Below, in pieces: positions 1-22,200 of a DNA stretch of 64,000 nucleotides. The DNA lies in the IMG/VR virus record IMGVR_UViG_3300013094_000037, positions 5,157-69,156 of that record; one strand, written 5' to 3'. The DNA comes from a virus. The notes under the pieces were generated by a model. It did no database searches. It was not told where the DNA came from and saw only the letters and a program-made list of their open reading frames with translations. Both the position numbers and the translations under genes were made by a program. The first letter of the stretch is position 1, and every line of letters starts with the position of its first letter.

Positions 1-768
1 AACTGGATCAACAGCGTAAACAAACTTAGAGTTATTAAAGATTGCTTGTTTGTAGTAATTAGATTGACCGTTTGCATCAACACCATCAGTTGCTTTAGAC
101 AAGTATGGGAATGTTTCTAGAACAGTACCCTTTGTACCACTAATCAAACCACCAGCATCAATAACAGCAACGTGTATTTGGTCATTTGCCGCACCAACTG
201 TGTTAGCACGATAAGATGTACCTGGTAGACCAGAGAAGTAGCCACCAATTGCGATTGTTGTTGAAGTACCAGATGCATTTGGAATTGTGTATGTCCAACC
301 GCTGTTCATTGCAGCAGTATTGGCAAAACCAGAACCAGCATCAATAACAGAAACAACCAATGAACTTCCCAAAGCACCTGGATAACGTGCAATGAAAGGA
401 CCGTAGGTATTTGCTGCACCGTTTGGTAGATATGTGTATTGGAAATTGTTTTCGTTTTGAACTTGCAAACCTGTAGTACCAGATGTTGCGTTATATGTTC
501 CGTTATTTGCAGCACGTACAATTTGCAAGTTATTGCCGTATGCCAAGAATGACGCTGCGGTAAAGAACGAGGAATATGTGTTACTGTCTGGTGCACCAAA
601 GGTGTTGACCATGATTTTTTCAGTAGCTATTGGTGTAAGTTTGTTAACTGGACCCCAAGTGAAGTTACCTGCATATGCACCGGCTGTAGTAAGAACTGAA
701 GGTACAACTGTTGTCAAGTTGGTTTCTGTTACAAGTACGCCTGGAGATAATTGAGCGATTTGAGCCAT
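1..768 (-). CDS. 18: Tail sheath protein gp18, N-terminal part (runs off the window start)
   Basis: Not in the ORF track. Manual translation from the ATG at 768 gives MAQIAQLSPGVLVTETNLTTVVPSVLTTAGAYAGNFTWGPV, the typical T4-like sheath N-terminus (SPGV..E....GPV). GGAG RBS upstream; follows gp17. Confidence 0.92.
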   Translation of the reverse strand, partial: MAQIAQLSPGVLVTETNLTTVVPSVLTTAGAYAGNFTWGPVNKLTPIATEKIMVNTFGAPDSNTYSSFFTAASFLAYGNNLQIVRAANNGTYNATSGTTGLQVQNENNFQYTYLPNGAANTYGPFIARYPGALGSSLVVSVIDAGSGFANTAAMNSGWTYTIPNASGTSTTIAIGGYFSGLPGTSYRANTVGAANDQIHVAVIDAGGLISGTKGTVLETFPYLSKATDGVDANGQSNYYKQAIFNNSKFVYAVDPV

Positions 769-818
769 TATTCTTTTCTCCTTAATTATTCTGTTTTTGG
801 TAGTTTATACCATTTGAA

Positions 819-826
819 TATTTATG
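819..826 (-). promoter_or_regulatory. T4-type late promoter (CATAAATA) upstream of gp18
   Basis: Matches the T4 late -10 element TATAAATA at 7/8 positions, in the gp17-gp18 intergenic gap. Confidence 0.7.
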
Positions 827-837
827 AAACACTATTT

Positions 838-2520
838 TTATAGATTTCTTATCATATCTCTAATAAATGTACCATAGGTATCTCCACCTACCGTGGAATC
901 CCATAAATCTCCGTCCATCAATTCAAGTCCATGATTTAAGCCATCCTCAATAATTGGTTCTGGTAGAGTTTCATCGTCAAGCTGATTCATATGTTCCACT
1001 TGGAACTGTTTACGAATGTCGTGGCTGACGATTTCTTTGAAGTATTTCTGTGTTGTTGCCCATGCAAATGTCACCAAACACATCACCAAGTCATCATTTG
1101 AGCCTTCTTCCGCAGCAAATGAGTTTTTGTCTTGTACAAAAGTGGTCAATTCAGAGATAACATCAAAGTCATTGATGACCATCTTGTCACCCTCAACCAA
1201 CATCTTCAAGTTAGCGCAACCTATACGTTTCACTTGAGGTGACATTTTTAAACCTAACTGTACACCTCTTGCAAAGCCAGCAGACAGTTGTTGTGGTTTC
1301 TTGTTACCTGTAAATACTTTCCATAGATTTTCATACTCTAGTTCATTATGTAGAATATCTGCAACCTGTGGTGTGTTGTTAATTTCTACCAAAACATATG
1401 CATCATTGAACAACCTTGCAGTATTATAGATTACAGTTGGGAACAATACTGGATGAATTGACGAACTGTGGTATGTTGCAACCATTTTATATGGCATTGC
1501 AGAGATATCCATGACAACAAACGCAGACGAGTCCATGTTCTTGCCCTCTGAAACGTCAACACAGATGGCATATAGGTGGTCTGTTTTGTGTGTTTCACCA
1601 TCTTCTTTGATGGGCATTTCATAAACATTGACTTTATCGTGTTTGGCAATTGGATCCAAATAAGCCATTTGTGCAAGTTTCTGGCCAGAGATAAGTGTAT
1701 TGGTAGAACCCAAGAACTCACATTCAAACTCTTGTCTGAATTGTTCTTCAGAAGTGTTACGAATTGTTTCTTCTTTCCATGCCTCATCACGACCTGGTAC
1801 CATTGACCAGTGAATTTCAAATGGTTGATAACCACTTTTCTTACCAATTGCATCCATCCACATCTTGTAGAACAGATTCATACCGTTAGGTGTAGACACA
1901 ATAATAATCTTGGTCGTTTTACCTGATGAAATTACAGGGTAAACAGAGTTAAAGAATTCATGTGCAATGTTTGGTGGAACGAAAGCAAACTCGTCCAAGA
2001 ATACACAGTTAAAAGAACCACCTCGGATTGCAGCAGAAGATGTCGAGTCAGCACGAATCTTAGAACCATTTTCTAGTTCCACGTTACCTTTGTTCCAGAT
2101 TACAACACCTTGTTGCAACCACATTGGTAAGTTTTCATATGCCAACTGGTACTTTGCAAGAATATCACGTGCAAGAGAACCCTTATTTGCTAGGACGGCT
2201 ACGTTTTGTGTGTCGTTGAACAATGTCAACCAAAGAAGATAAGCCACGGAGGTGGTGGTTTTACCAACCTGGCGAGGACATTTAGTGATAGCAAAACGAT
2301 TCTTGTGGAACAGACGAATCATGTCCTTCTGAAAGTCCCACATTTCAAATGGCATCAAACCACGGTCAACGTTAACAATCTTGATATAATGTTCTGCAAA
2401 GTAAACAGGATCCTTGGCGCATCTCAAATACTCCTCAACTTGTTCTTGAGTGTATTTTACTTGAACACCAACCTTTTTTAAGAGCGGATTGTCACGGTAA
2501 CTGTCTTTATTTTCACTCAT
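838..2520 (-). CDS. 17: Terminase large subunit gp17
   Basis: Walker A-like PRQVGKTT, Walker B VFLDEFAF, STPNG motif, and C-terminal RNase H-like nuclease acidic residues (CVDVSEG, NDDLVM). Confidence 0.97.
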   Translation of the reverse strand: MSENKDSYRDNPLLKKVGVQVKYTQEQVEEYLRCAKDPVYFAEHYIKIVNVDRGLMPFEMWDFQKDMIRLFHKNRFAITKCPRQVGKTTTSVAYLLWLTLFNDTQNVAVLANKGSLARDILAKYQLAYENLPMWLQQGVVIWNKGNVELENGSKIRADSTSSAAIRGGSFNCVFLDEFAFVPPNIAHEFFNSVYPVISSGKTTKIIIVSTPNGMNLFYKMWMDAIGKKSGYQPFEIHWSMVPGRDEAWKEETIRNTSEEQFRQEFECEFLGSTNTLISGQKLAQMAYLDPIAKHDKVNVYEMPIKEDGETHKTDHLYAICVDVSEGKNMDSSAFVVMDISAMPYKMVATYHSSSIHPVLFPTVIYNTARLFNDAYVLVEINNTPQVADILHNELEYENLWKVFTGNKKPQQLSAGFARGVQLGLKMSPQVKRIGCANLKMLVEGDKMVINDFDVISELTTFVQDKNSFAAEEGSNDDLVMCLVTFAWATTQKYFKEIVSHDIRKQFQVEHMNQLDDETLPEPIIEDGLNHGLELMDGDLWDSTVGGDTYGTFIRDMIRNL

Positions 2521-2938
2521 TCATACCCTTAATAAGTTTATTCAACTCGGATGTTGAGCCAACAAAGAAAGCTGCCTTATCTATATTTGTGGTGCTTGCT
2601 TGATTCTTTTTGTCCATATCACGCATTTGTTTTTGAACTGCAAGTAGTTCTTTGTTTGCATCTACCACATTTTTAAGTAGAGTACCATACACTTCAAATG
2701 CTCTTGGGTGTTGACCATCTTTTGCAATCTGTAGAATCTCAGCCATTGCATCTTTACCTTGGTCAATCAAGTCTTGTAGATTTGCTTTGGTTTGCTCATA
2801 AGCATCCGCTAAATCTTCTTCAAGATTTTCTTTATCTACTGCTACTGGTAACTGTTGTTTTTTTACAACAGGCATTGGTGGTGTTGGAGTGGAAGAAACC
2901 TCAAAGATTTCTTCCATATTTTTTTCAAAGTTAGACAT
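2513..2938 (-). CDS. 16: Terminase small subunit gp16
   Basis: HPRAFEVYGTLLK and FVGSTSEL motifs; overlaps the gp17 start. Confidence 0.93.
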   Translation of the reverse strand: MSNFEKNMEEIFEVSSTPTPPMPVVKKQQLPVAVDKENLEEDLADAYEQTKANLQDLIDQGKDAMAEILQIAKDGQHPRAFEVYGTLLKNVVDANKELLAVQKQMRDMDKKNQASTTNIDKAAFFVGSTSELNKLIKGMNE

Positions 2939-3920
2939 TGGTATATTCAGTTATTGCGGTGGTATATGTATAATTTGATGTTGCGTTAGCGTTGCTTGGG
3001 TTAGGAGTAATAGTTATATTTGCGTATTCTTCTGGTTGAATACTGTATGAATTGAAAGACCAAACCGCACCAGAATTTATACCAACTAGATTTGTATTGG
3101 AAACAAAATTACCTTGTGCATTATTGACAATCAATTGTTTGTTATTACTGCTCCAAGAAACAACTTGTGCTGTTGCTGTAAACAACTCTGCTGTGAGTCC
3201 TTGGTAAACTCTTTCGTTAGGCTGATAGTTACCTAGACCATTAGAATTTAGATTGAAAACAATGTTATTGCCTTGTGCAAGATTATTGTGTATGTTTGTA
3301 ATAGATGTTTTAATCAAGCCAGTTGTTGAATTTGCACCAAAGATGAAACCTTTAACTGTGAAGTTAAGTGTCCAAATAACCATTCTGGTATCTGAATCAC
3401 GGTCACCCTCATAAGTTACATCATATCTGACATTGTTCAATATAATTGGTACTTCTTTGACGATACCCATTTCTGGAATCATGTTCACTTTGATTGTATA
3501 ATCTGGTGCAAAGAATGGTAGAATGTGTTCAATGATTTGATTGCCATCTTCAATATTTCTTACATACAAATAAAGTGAGAAATCAAAGTTATATGGCACT
3601 GGCATGTATTGCGAAATGATATTTTGACCACTTGCCGCAAAGTTTTTGATATTTGTTATTTGTTTTCTGGATGCATCGTAATCAATACCATTCATTTCAT
3701 ATGACATGCGTGGCAAAGTCATTTGAACTTTTTTATCTAGATTAGGGTCAAAAGTTAGACGTTGAACATACAATTCTTTTGCCGCATAATCAATAGGAAC
3801 AACAAATCTTTCTTGTTCCGATTCATCTGGATTGTAACGAACTAGCGTAATATTGTTAAACAGATTGCCAAACGCAACTGTTATCTTACGAATCATTCTA
3901 TTGTAGGTTGTATCTGCCAT
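2931..3920 (-). CDS. 15: Tail sheath stabiliser/completion protein gp15
   Basis: AFGNLFNNI, LPRMSYEM, PVPYNFDFSL and QIIEHILPFF motifs; position between gp14 and gp16. Confidence 0.92.
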   Translation of the reverse strand: MADTTYNRMIRKITVAFGNLFNNITLVRYNPDESEQERFVVPIDYAAKELYVQRLTFDPNLDKKVQMTLPRMSYEMNGIDYDASRKQITNIKNFAASGQNIISQYMPVPYNFDFSLYLYVRNIEDGNQIIEHILPFFAPDYTIKVNMIPEMGIVKEVPIILNNVRYDVTYEGDRDSDTRMVIWTLNFTVKGFIFGANSTTGLIKTSITNIHNNLAQGNNIVFNLNSNGLGNYQPNERVYQGLTAELFTATAQVVSWSSNNKQLIVNNAQGNFVSNTNLVGINSGAVWSFNSYSIQPEEYANITITPNPSNANATSNYTYTTAITEYTNV

Positions 3921-4804
3921 TATAGACCACCAATTGGATTATTTTCTGATGTATTGACATATGGTGCAGCAGTAGTTTCAATCACATTATTGTCGTATGA
4001 TTCTTTGTTTGCTGGATCATACAATGGATTAAACGTTGTTAAGATATACTGTGCATTACTTGATTGACCAATTATAACGTCAGAATCAATAAACTCACCA
4101 GCAATATTGGTTACAGAAAGTGTTTTTGAACTTGGTATCCAAGACTGCACTGTTGCAACTGTTGTAGCATTTGCGAATGTTCCATCCATAGATTGATATA
4201 CAATTTCTTTAATGTTGTATGTTCCTGTTCCTGTACCAACATTCAAATGTAATGTGTAAGCAGAATCAGTAACAACAGAATCAATATCTTGGTTGCCAGT
4301 AGAGATAATCTCTTGTGAGTATTTGAATTTCTCAAGTTCCAATTCATAGTAATAAGGAACTTTACGGCCTAACATGAAGAAATCTTTGTTCTGGTTTGTA
4401 AACTTAATTTCATACAACTCACCAGTACCATTTAGGAATGGAATGTAAATCAAATCACCTTCTCTTGGTCTGGTATAAGTGTTTTGTGGTACTCTTTGAG
4501 TAAACGCACGCTTAGATAGAATGACTGTAACTTGGTTTCTGATTTCTAAACCAAACTTAGTAAACATTTCTTTCTCACCCATGTATTCATTTGCAGAAGA
4601 AAGATACATTTCTAATGGAAATGCTGCCGCAAATTTCTTAACCGGGTCTTCACCATAGATTAAGTCTCTTGCTGCATCATTATCATTTGGTAAATAATAT
4701 GCGTTGAAACCCATAATCTGAATTGACTCAGTTATGAGGTCTTCCACTAAGCGTTGTTCATCATACTTAGCGTTATAATTATTGAAATAAGGACTTGTTG
4801 CCAT
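3920..4804 (-). CDS. 14: Neck protein gp14
   Basis: EQRLVEDLITESIQIMG, KFGLEIR and RPREGDLIY motifs; synteny. Confidence 0.92.
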   Translation of the reverse strand: MATSPYFNNYNAKYDEQRLVEDLITESIQIMGFNAYYLPNDNDAARDLIYGEDPVKKFAAAFPLEMYLSSANEYMGEKEMFTKFGLEIRNQVTVILSKRAFTQRVPQNTYTRPREGDLIYIPFLNGTGELYEIKFTNQNKDFFMLGRKVPYYYELELEKFKYSQEIISTGNQDIDSVVTDSAYTLHLNVGTGTGTYNIKEIVYQSMDGTFANATTVATVQSWIPSSKTLSVTNIAGEFIDSDVIIGQSSNAQYILTTFNPLYDPANKESYDNNVIETTAAPYVNTSENNPIGGL

Positions 4805-4805
4805 C

Positions 4806-5582
4806 TTAGTTCATGAACCATTCTAGTGCACCACCATAGTTTTCAATCATGTCGGCTTCTAGTCTTGTGATTTCACCCATGGCTTCGTCATAGGTTTCTT
4901 TACCATTTAAAACCACACCACCAGGCAATTGAATGCCGCCGAACTTCTTCATATTCTCCCCCCAAGTTCTCTTGATGAGAGCGGTGGCATATTCTTTCAA
5001 CCAACGGTCATTCCATACAGTTGGATATGTGCTTGGGTCAATTGCACCATAACACTCAGATACAACAACTTGACCCACATTAACTTCAAAACCATTACCC
5101 CATGCCCAATCAATATACAATCTTTGCATATTACGCACGAAACGAATAGGAACTTCACCAGTGAACTGGAGTTCCAAAGAACGTAAGTGTTGTTGTGTTA
5201 GAGTATAATTGATGTAGGACGCAGAGGTAAAGTCATACAACTCATTCAAACGCAATTGGTATCTCAAGTCAAACATGTTGATGGTTGCCTGAGAGTCGGT
5301 CAATGGGAAAATACGGGTAATACCTAAAATATTAACCGTATTTCCGTTTTGGTCTTTAGCCTGAGAAGCATCCAGATATTGGTTTGCAATATCGTTTGCG
5401 GTTACATAATGGATCCAATAGAACTTTTGAGCACCATCAAAGTGGTAATCTTGCCAATATTGAATTGCATCATCTACACGGTCTTCAACCTGAGTGTCAT
5501 CCACGTTAATGTTAATAACTGGTGCACCAAGTCTACGTAGACAATAGTCTTTAAAGTCTTGTCTATTAGTTATAGTTGCCAT
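4806..5582 (-). CDS. 13: Neck protein gp13
   Basis: YCLRRLGAPVININV, WLKEYATALIK and QLPGGVVLNG motifs. Confidence 0.94.
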   Translation of the reverse strand: MATITNRQDFKDYCLRRLGAPVININVDDTQVEDRVDDAIQYWQDYHFDGAQKFYWIHYVTANDIANQYLDASQAKDQNGNTVNILGITRIFPLTDSQATINMFDLRYQLRLNELYDFTSASYINYTLTQQHLRSLELQFTGEVPIRFVRNMQRLYIDWAWGNGFEVNVGQVVVSECYGAIDPSTYPTVWNDRWLKEYATALIKRTWGENMKKFGGIQLPGGVVLNGKETYDEAMGEITRLEADMIENYGGALEWFMN

Positions 5583-5588
5583 TAGAAA

Positions 5589-5621
5589 TCTCCTATTATA
5601 CCCTATTTATCTAATAGGAGA
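5589..5621 (-). promoter_or_regulatory. 10-bp hairpin sequestering the gp13 RBS, with a late promoter (GATAAATA) in its loop
   Basis: Perfect inverted repeat TCTCCTATTA (5589-5598) / TAATAGGAGA (5612-5621). The 3' arm on the minus strand contains the GGAG SD; TAAATA lies at 5604-5609. Confidence 0.7.
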
Positions 5622-5630
5622 AATCGTGGT

Positions 5631-5852
5631 TTACTGAATAACTTTGCTTCCCAAAGGACCGTCTGGTTGTTGGCCTTGTTGCATTCCTTGCAACTGTTCA
5701 TTTGCAGCACGTCCTAGTGCATCAATGATTGGACGGCTCCACTTGTGTGGGATTTCATCCAAAGATTGAATCAAAGCGTTAACAAAACTCAATTTGAAGG
5801 TCAAATCTACGTCTTGTTGTTGTGGTTGTGCTTGTTGTGCTTGGTCTGTCAT
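5631..5852 (-). CDS. Hypothetical small protein (73 aa), possible fibre-associated chaperone
   Basis: ORF with AGGAG RBS and an upstream TAAATA at 5887-5892. Confidence 0.7.
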   Translation of the reverse strand: MTDQAQQAQPQQQDVDLTFKLSFVNALIQSLDEIPHKWSRPIIDALGRAANEQLQGMQQGQQPDGPLGSKVIQ

Positions 5853-5889
5853 GTCAAGTTTCTCCTATATTAATGATGTGACTATGTAT

Positions 5890-6303
5890 TTATGCAGGTG
5901 TATTTGCAGTATTTGCTGGAGCCCAAGGTAGACCTGGTTCAGAAATTACGTTGATTTGATTGTTAATTTGTTCAACAATCTTTTCATTGATGTGGTCAGC
6001 ATACGAACCAGAAATTGAATTGATAATCCAAGATAGTACGTTTGCTTCTTCCAAATCACTGAAAGCGGTAAATGTATATGTGTTAGACAAAACATTACCT
6101 AAGGTGAAAGGTGTTGCACCGTTGAATGTTCCGGTGTGACCGTCTGGTGTTGTTGCAGAGTATGTCCAATAGGTTTGAACAACTGTATTTGCATAGTTAT
6201 TACCATCTGGACCTTTGATGTTTTGTACTTTAAGACCAGTGATGGTATTAGAGTAGGTCCATTCTGAATTTGCAAGTGATGCAAGTGTGTTTACTGTAGC
6301 CAT
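5890..6303 (-). CDS. Hypothetical fibre-associated protein (137 aa)
   Basis: ORF with AGGAG RBS directly downstream of the fibre genes; C-terminal LPW motif common in small phage tail-associated proteins. Confidence 0.7.
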   Translation of the reverse strand: MATVNTLASLANSEWTYSNTITGLKVQNIKGPDGNNYANTVVQTYWTYSATTPDGHTGTFNGATPFTLGNVLSNTYTFTAFSDLEEANVLSWIINSISGSYADHINEKIVEQINNQINVISEPGLPWAPANTANTPA

Positions 6304-6345
6304 TATTTTCTCCTAAAATGTTGGCGGGTTAAAGGATTATATAGG

Positions 6346-17450
<11,105 letters not shown>

Positions 17451-17476
17451 TCACTTCCGCTTGTTCTTATTATCTT

Positions 17477-18613
17477 CTATTTATGAGGATAATATTTGGT
17501 TAACCAGTCCAATTCCTTTCTTTCGTCATTTGTTTCGTACCATCCTTGACCTGTATAAACATTCAATACGGACTGGAAGTATTCTTCATACTTTCTTGCA
17601 ACAACCTCCAGTGAAAAGTTGTTAACCGCAAAGTCTCTACAGGCCTTTGGATCAATTCTATCAATGTTCTTTGCTGCCCATGTAAAGTGTTCAAAGGTTC
17701 TGCAACGGTAACCAGTTACACCATGTATATTATTCTCAGTAAAACTGCCCCAATCTGTGGTGATTGTTGGTGTTCCAGAGAACAAACATTCTGCTTGAAC
17801 TCCACCAAATGGTTCATTATACAAAGATGCAACAAATGCACCTTTTGCTCTTGACATTAGTCTCTTACGAGTTTCAATATCAGCATAACCAATTTCAGTA
17901 ACATGACTTGGTGTTTCTGCATAACCCATTTCTTTCAGACTATTTTGTCCAGCAATAATAAGTTTTGCACCAATTGCCTCTGTTGCTTGAACACAGATAT
18001 TAACACCTTTACCATCATAGACACGACCTAAGAACAAAAAGTAATCATCTTTTTCTGCACTATATTCAAAATCATCCGTATCAAAGTAGTTTGGTATCAC
18101 CACATCGTACCAGTCTTGCATACAAGTACCAACAGAATTCAGTCCATAGTATGCATGATAGATTGCATATGATTCAAAGATTTTAAATCTAGCCCAATGT
18201 CCTCCAGCATAACCAATACCAGGTTCCACCGTAATCAAATCTGGATGTGCATCACAGACTGGTCTTACTCCTGCACCCCAAAATGGTAGAATGAAATCGT
18301 TTGGTTGTTTTCTTTTACCAACTTCTTCAATTGCATTTTTGTAGAATGTGGTATATGCATGGTCATTGGTGTCAAACTTAAAGAAGTGTTTGCGCCAGTC
18401 GTGGTTACCATAGGACTTCTTCCAATCGTCCGAACTGAGTACGGTGACATGTTCTGTGCAAATTGGATTGGATTCTTCGTGGCCATAGTGGATTACTGTA
18501 TGTCCACGTTCTGTCATCATCTTACAGAACTTAACAACCTTCTGAGTGTATGCACAAGCATTGAATTCTTTAGATGTTACTGTATGTGGAATTCCAAGAA
18601 CATGAAATCTCAT
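17477..18613 (-). CDS. Glycosyltransferase, GT-B fold (GT4/RfaB-like)
   Basis: [12 protein letters not shown] and EPFGGVQAE...[10 protein letters not shown] (EX7E) motifs. Start placed at 18613 for its ATGA overlap with the oxygenase stop. Confidence 0.9.
   Translation of the reverse strand: MRFHVLGIPHTVTSKEFNACAYTQKVVKFCKMMTERGHTVIHYGHEESNPICTEHVTVLSSDDWKKSYGNHDWRKHFFKFDTNDHAYTTFYKNAIEEVGKRKQPNDFILPFWGAGVRPVCDAHPDLITVEPGIGYAGGHWARFKIFESYAIYHAYYGLNSVGTCMQDWYDVVIPNYFDTDDFEYSAEKDDYFLFLGRVYDGKGVNICVQATEAIGAKLIIAGQNSLKEMGYAETPSHVTEIGYADIETRKRLMSRAKGAFVASLYNEPFGGVQAECLFSGTPTITTDWGSFTENNIHGVTGYRCRTFEHFTWAAKNIDRIDPKACRDFAVNNFSLEVVARKYEEYFQSVLNVYTGQGWYETNDERKELDWLTKYYPHK
17478..17485 (-). promoter_or_regulatory. 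Late promoter (CATAAATA) for the fibre cluster
   Basis: Overlaps the glycosyltransferase stop codon, about 30 nt upstream of the fibre 3 start. Confidence 0.6.
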
Positions 18614-19185
18614 ACCCATTTTGGACCTTCAAACCAAACTGCAAGACTATATCTTGTTCCTTTTGTGACAGGTAATGCTGCATGTGTTACAAAAGATGGA
18701 ATAAAGATTGCTGTACCTTGTTGTTTGATTGCAGTTGCATCTGGATATTGTGTCAAATCATAGACCTCAAAATCACCACCCTCATATTCATTTGGGTCTG
18801 TCAATTGAATTAGACAAGTAAGTTTTCTGTGGTATTGGTCGTTGTTTATCCAGAATACATCTTGGTGTTTCTTGTATTCACCTTGATATGATTCATCATA
18901 CTCTGCCAACTGGATGTATGATAGATTTGTGATATGGAAATTAAACCATTCACGATTGACCTGTATGCCCATTTTCCAAATACGGTCAAATAACCATTCA
19001 AAATTTGGGTCACCAGCTTGAATAAATCTGGTCTTACTTCTACGATAACTTGTGTCTGTGGTTTCAGACATACCAGATACACCTAATGATGCATCTTGGC
19101 TTTCAATCTTCAGACCATCTTCTAAAATCTTAGCACATTCATCTGGTGTAAATGCACCAGACCAATAACTCCATTCACCCTTCAT
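18610..19185 (-). CDS. 2OG-Fe(II) oxygenase (prolyl-hydroxylase-like)
   Basis: HxD (KHQD) and distal His (THAALPV), RYSLAVW 2OG-binding motif, YEGGDF. Confidence 0.92.
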   Translation of the reverse strand: MKGEWSYWSGAFTPDECAKILEDGLKIESQDASLGVSGMSETTDTSYRRSKTRFIQAGDPNFEWLFDRIWKMGIQVNREWFNFHITNLSYIQLAEYDESYQGEYKKHQDVFWINNDQYHRKLTCLIQLTDPNEYEGGDFEVYDLTQYPDATAIKQQGTAIFIPSFVTHAALPVTKGTRYSLAVWFEGPKWV

Positions 19186-19202
19186 AATATACCTCTCAAG
19201 TA

Positions 19203-22200
19203 TTAAACGCTTATTGCATCTCTTACGATATTTATAGTAGTAGAGTTGGCGGTTGCGGCAGTAAACAACAGACTTACTGTACCACCAGAGACAGACGCGT
19301 CAAAAGAACCTAATGAAGAACCAGTAAAGATTTCACCATATTCAATGATGTATGCAGAAGAAGCATTTTGCATCAACAACAATTCAATGACGTGATATGT
19401 ACCAGCAGAAGTCATTTGTGCAATGTACTTGGCAGAACGATATGTGGTTGCAGTAAATGTATCTACAGCAGTTTGAGTTGTTGAAGATGTTACTGTTTGG
19501 TTGGTACTTCTGCTGAATGTAACTGAACCATTTGTTGCATTGATGTTTGCAGCAGAGAATGTGGTTGCACCAGTGTAACTACCAGAAACTGTGTTACCAG
19601 TTGTAGATAATGGTGTGTAACCCAATGCTGTTGTAACGTCAGAAGACGATAATGTGACTGCACCAGTTCTTGTGTTGAATGATGCTACACCAGTATTGTT
19701 AACTGTAATTGTGCTACCAGAAACTGATGTTGATATTGCAGTACCACCACTTACTGTTAATGTACCACCACCAGAAACTGAACCACTTCCAGAGTTACCT
19801 GATAAGCTGATAGAAGTAGAAATACTTGCATTGGCGGCAGAAGTTGCACGACCATAAGCATCAATAGTGATTACTGGAATTGCAGTAGAACCACCATATG
19901 TGCCTGCTGTTACAGCAGTTGTAACTAATGCTACAGTTGGTGTTGTGCCACCAGTTGAACTGATTTGTCCAGATGTTCCAGAAACGGATGTTACTGCTGT
20001 ATTTGCTTTAGCATATGCGGAGTTTGCTTGTATGAATGCACCATTAGATTGCAAGAATGCACTATTTGCATATGAACTTGCCGCTGAAGCATTTGTAGTT
20101 GCAGTATTCGCTTGAGTAAATGCACTGTTGGCGTAAGAACTTGCTGCCGATGCATTAGTAGTTGCAGTATTTGCTTGAGTGTATGCAGCATTGGCATATG
20201 TGCTTGCAGCCAATGCATTTGTTGTTGCAGTATTTGCCTGTGTGTAAGCTGAGTTAGCATAACCAAAAGCACTATTAGCATACTGAGAAGCCCCTGCCGC
20301 ATTGTTTGTAGCAGTATTTGCTTGTGTATATGCTGAGTTGGCTTGAATAAATGCAGCAGTTCCTGTATTTGATGTTGTATTAGCTAACGCATATACAGCA
20401 TTCGCCTGTACAAAAGCACCATTTGCATATGTGGCTGCACTTGTAATATTGTCAGTGTGTGTATTTGCTAGGGTATATACAGCATTCGCTTGTACAAAAG
20501 CACCATTTGCATACAAAGACGCACCAGCAGCATTATTGGTTGCCGTATTTGCCTGCGTGAAAGCACCATTTGCATAAGTTGCCGCACTGGTGATATTTGC
20601 TGTGAGAGTATTCGCAAAGGTAAATGCTGCATTCGCTTGTACAAAAGCACCATTTGCATAGGTTGCGGCACTTGTAATATTGGCAGTTAAGGTATTTGCA
20701 AAGGTAAATGCACCATTAGCATAGGTTGCTGCACTGGTAATGTTTGCTGTTAATGTGTTTGCGAATCCATATGACGCATTGGCTTGGATGAAAGCACCGT
20801 TAGCATACAAGGCAGCACTATTGGCTTGACCAAAAGAACCATTAGCTTGTGCAAATGCACCATTTGCTTGTAAGAAAGCAGCATTTGCAATATTTCTTGC
20901 TGCTTGGTCTGTTGCAGAAACTGATGCAGATGTTGATTGTGTTGTACCGTCAGCAAAAGTAATTACACCGCCACCACCAGGTAACAATGTAACACCACTA
21001 AAATATGGTACTGTAAATACACCAGTATCATTTAGATTGAAGATGTTGTTATTATATGCAGAGTTGATAATCTGCAACTGACCATTACTGTCTAATCTAA
21101 AGTATTTGTTTATGTTGTTAGCACCGGCTGAATAGTTTGTTGCTAACAAGAAATCTGAATAACCAATACCACCTTTAGTATTAGAACTACCTAATACTGT
21201 TGCAGTGTTTTGGTTTCCAACAGAACCTGTATAATTTACATTTATGATACCTGTACTGAAAACGTTACCTGCAACACCTAAACCACCAGAGACTGTCAGT
21301 GCACCAGTTGCGGCTGATGAAGATTGTGTTGCATTTGGAATTACAACTCTTGCAGTACCTGTTGTGGTGATTGTAGAACCAGTATTTGGCAGAGCATTGT
21401 TTGCTGTTGTAAACGCACTGTTTGCATATGATGCGGCACTATTGGCTTGACCAAATGCTCCGTTAGCTTGAACAAATGCGCCGTTGGCATAAGTAGCAGC
21501 ACTACTAATAGTTGTAGTGTGTGTATTTGCTAATGTATATACTGCATTTGCTTGCACAAAAGCACCATTGGCATATGTGGCTGCCGAGTTTGCTACACTG
21601 AAACCAGAGTTTGCATATGAAGCACCAGAATTTGCAACACCAAATGCGGCGTTAGACTGTATAAATGCAGCATTTGCTTGTGTATATGCAGAGTTGGCTT
21701 GCACATAAATTACATTACTATATGCAAAAGGTGCGGCAGCAGTATTTTGTGTTGATGCATCAGCAAATATGATTGGTAAATTCTTCATTACCAAACCAAC
21801 ATTGTTCTTAAATCTCGCTACTTCATTTTCTTTGTTGACGCCGTTTGCAGTAAAGATAATGTCGTTTGGTGCACCAGTAGCAATAATCATGTTACCGCCA
21901 CCAGTACTTGTATTACCATAAGCAATCAAGTAACCATCGTTTGGTCCAATCATTGTATAACCAGGATATGCGTATGTACTACTACCCATACCCAAGTCTA
22001 GGAATGTATCGTTTGGTGTACCGTTATCTGGCGTAATAAAGATATCAAAAGAAGCATTGTTGCCGCTGTTGATATTTTGCATATTCAAACCAGCATAACC
22101 GTTATAGTTACTGGTGAATTGCGTTACAGTTTGTGGTTCAACTAGGAAACCTGTTGGAATACCAGCATAAAGTGCATTGAAACCGTTACTTGCATAACCG

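Noticed and set aside
838-2520. Intein or intron in the terminase
   Set aside because: The 560-aa length and continuous motifs leave no room for an insertion.
17477-19185. Oxygenase and glycosyltransferase as a DNA hypermodification pair (TET/JBP-like)
   Set aside because: Not excluded, but disfavoured: the oxygenase looks like the small prolyl-hydroxylase type, and the pair lies among late structural genes rather than replication genes.
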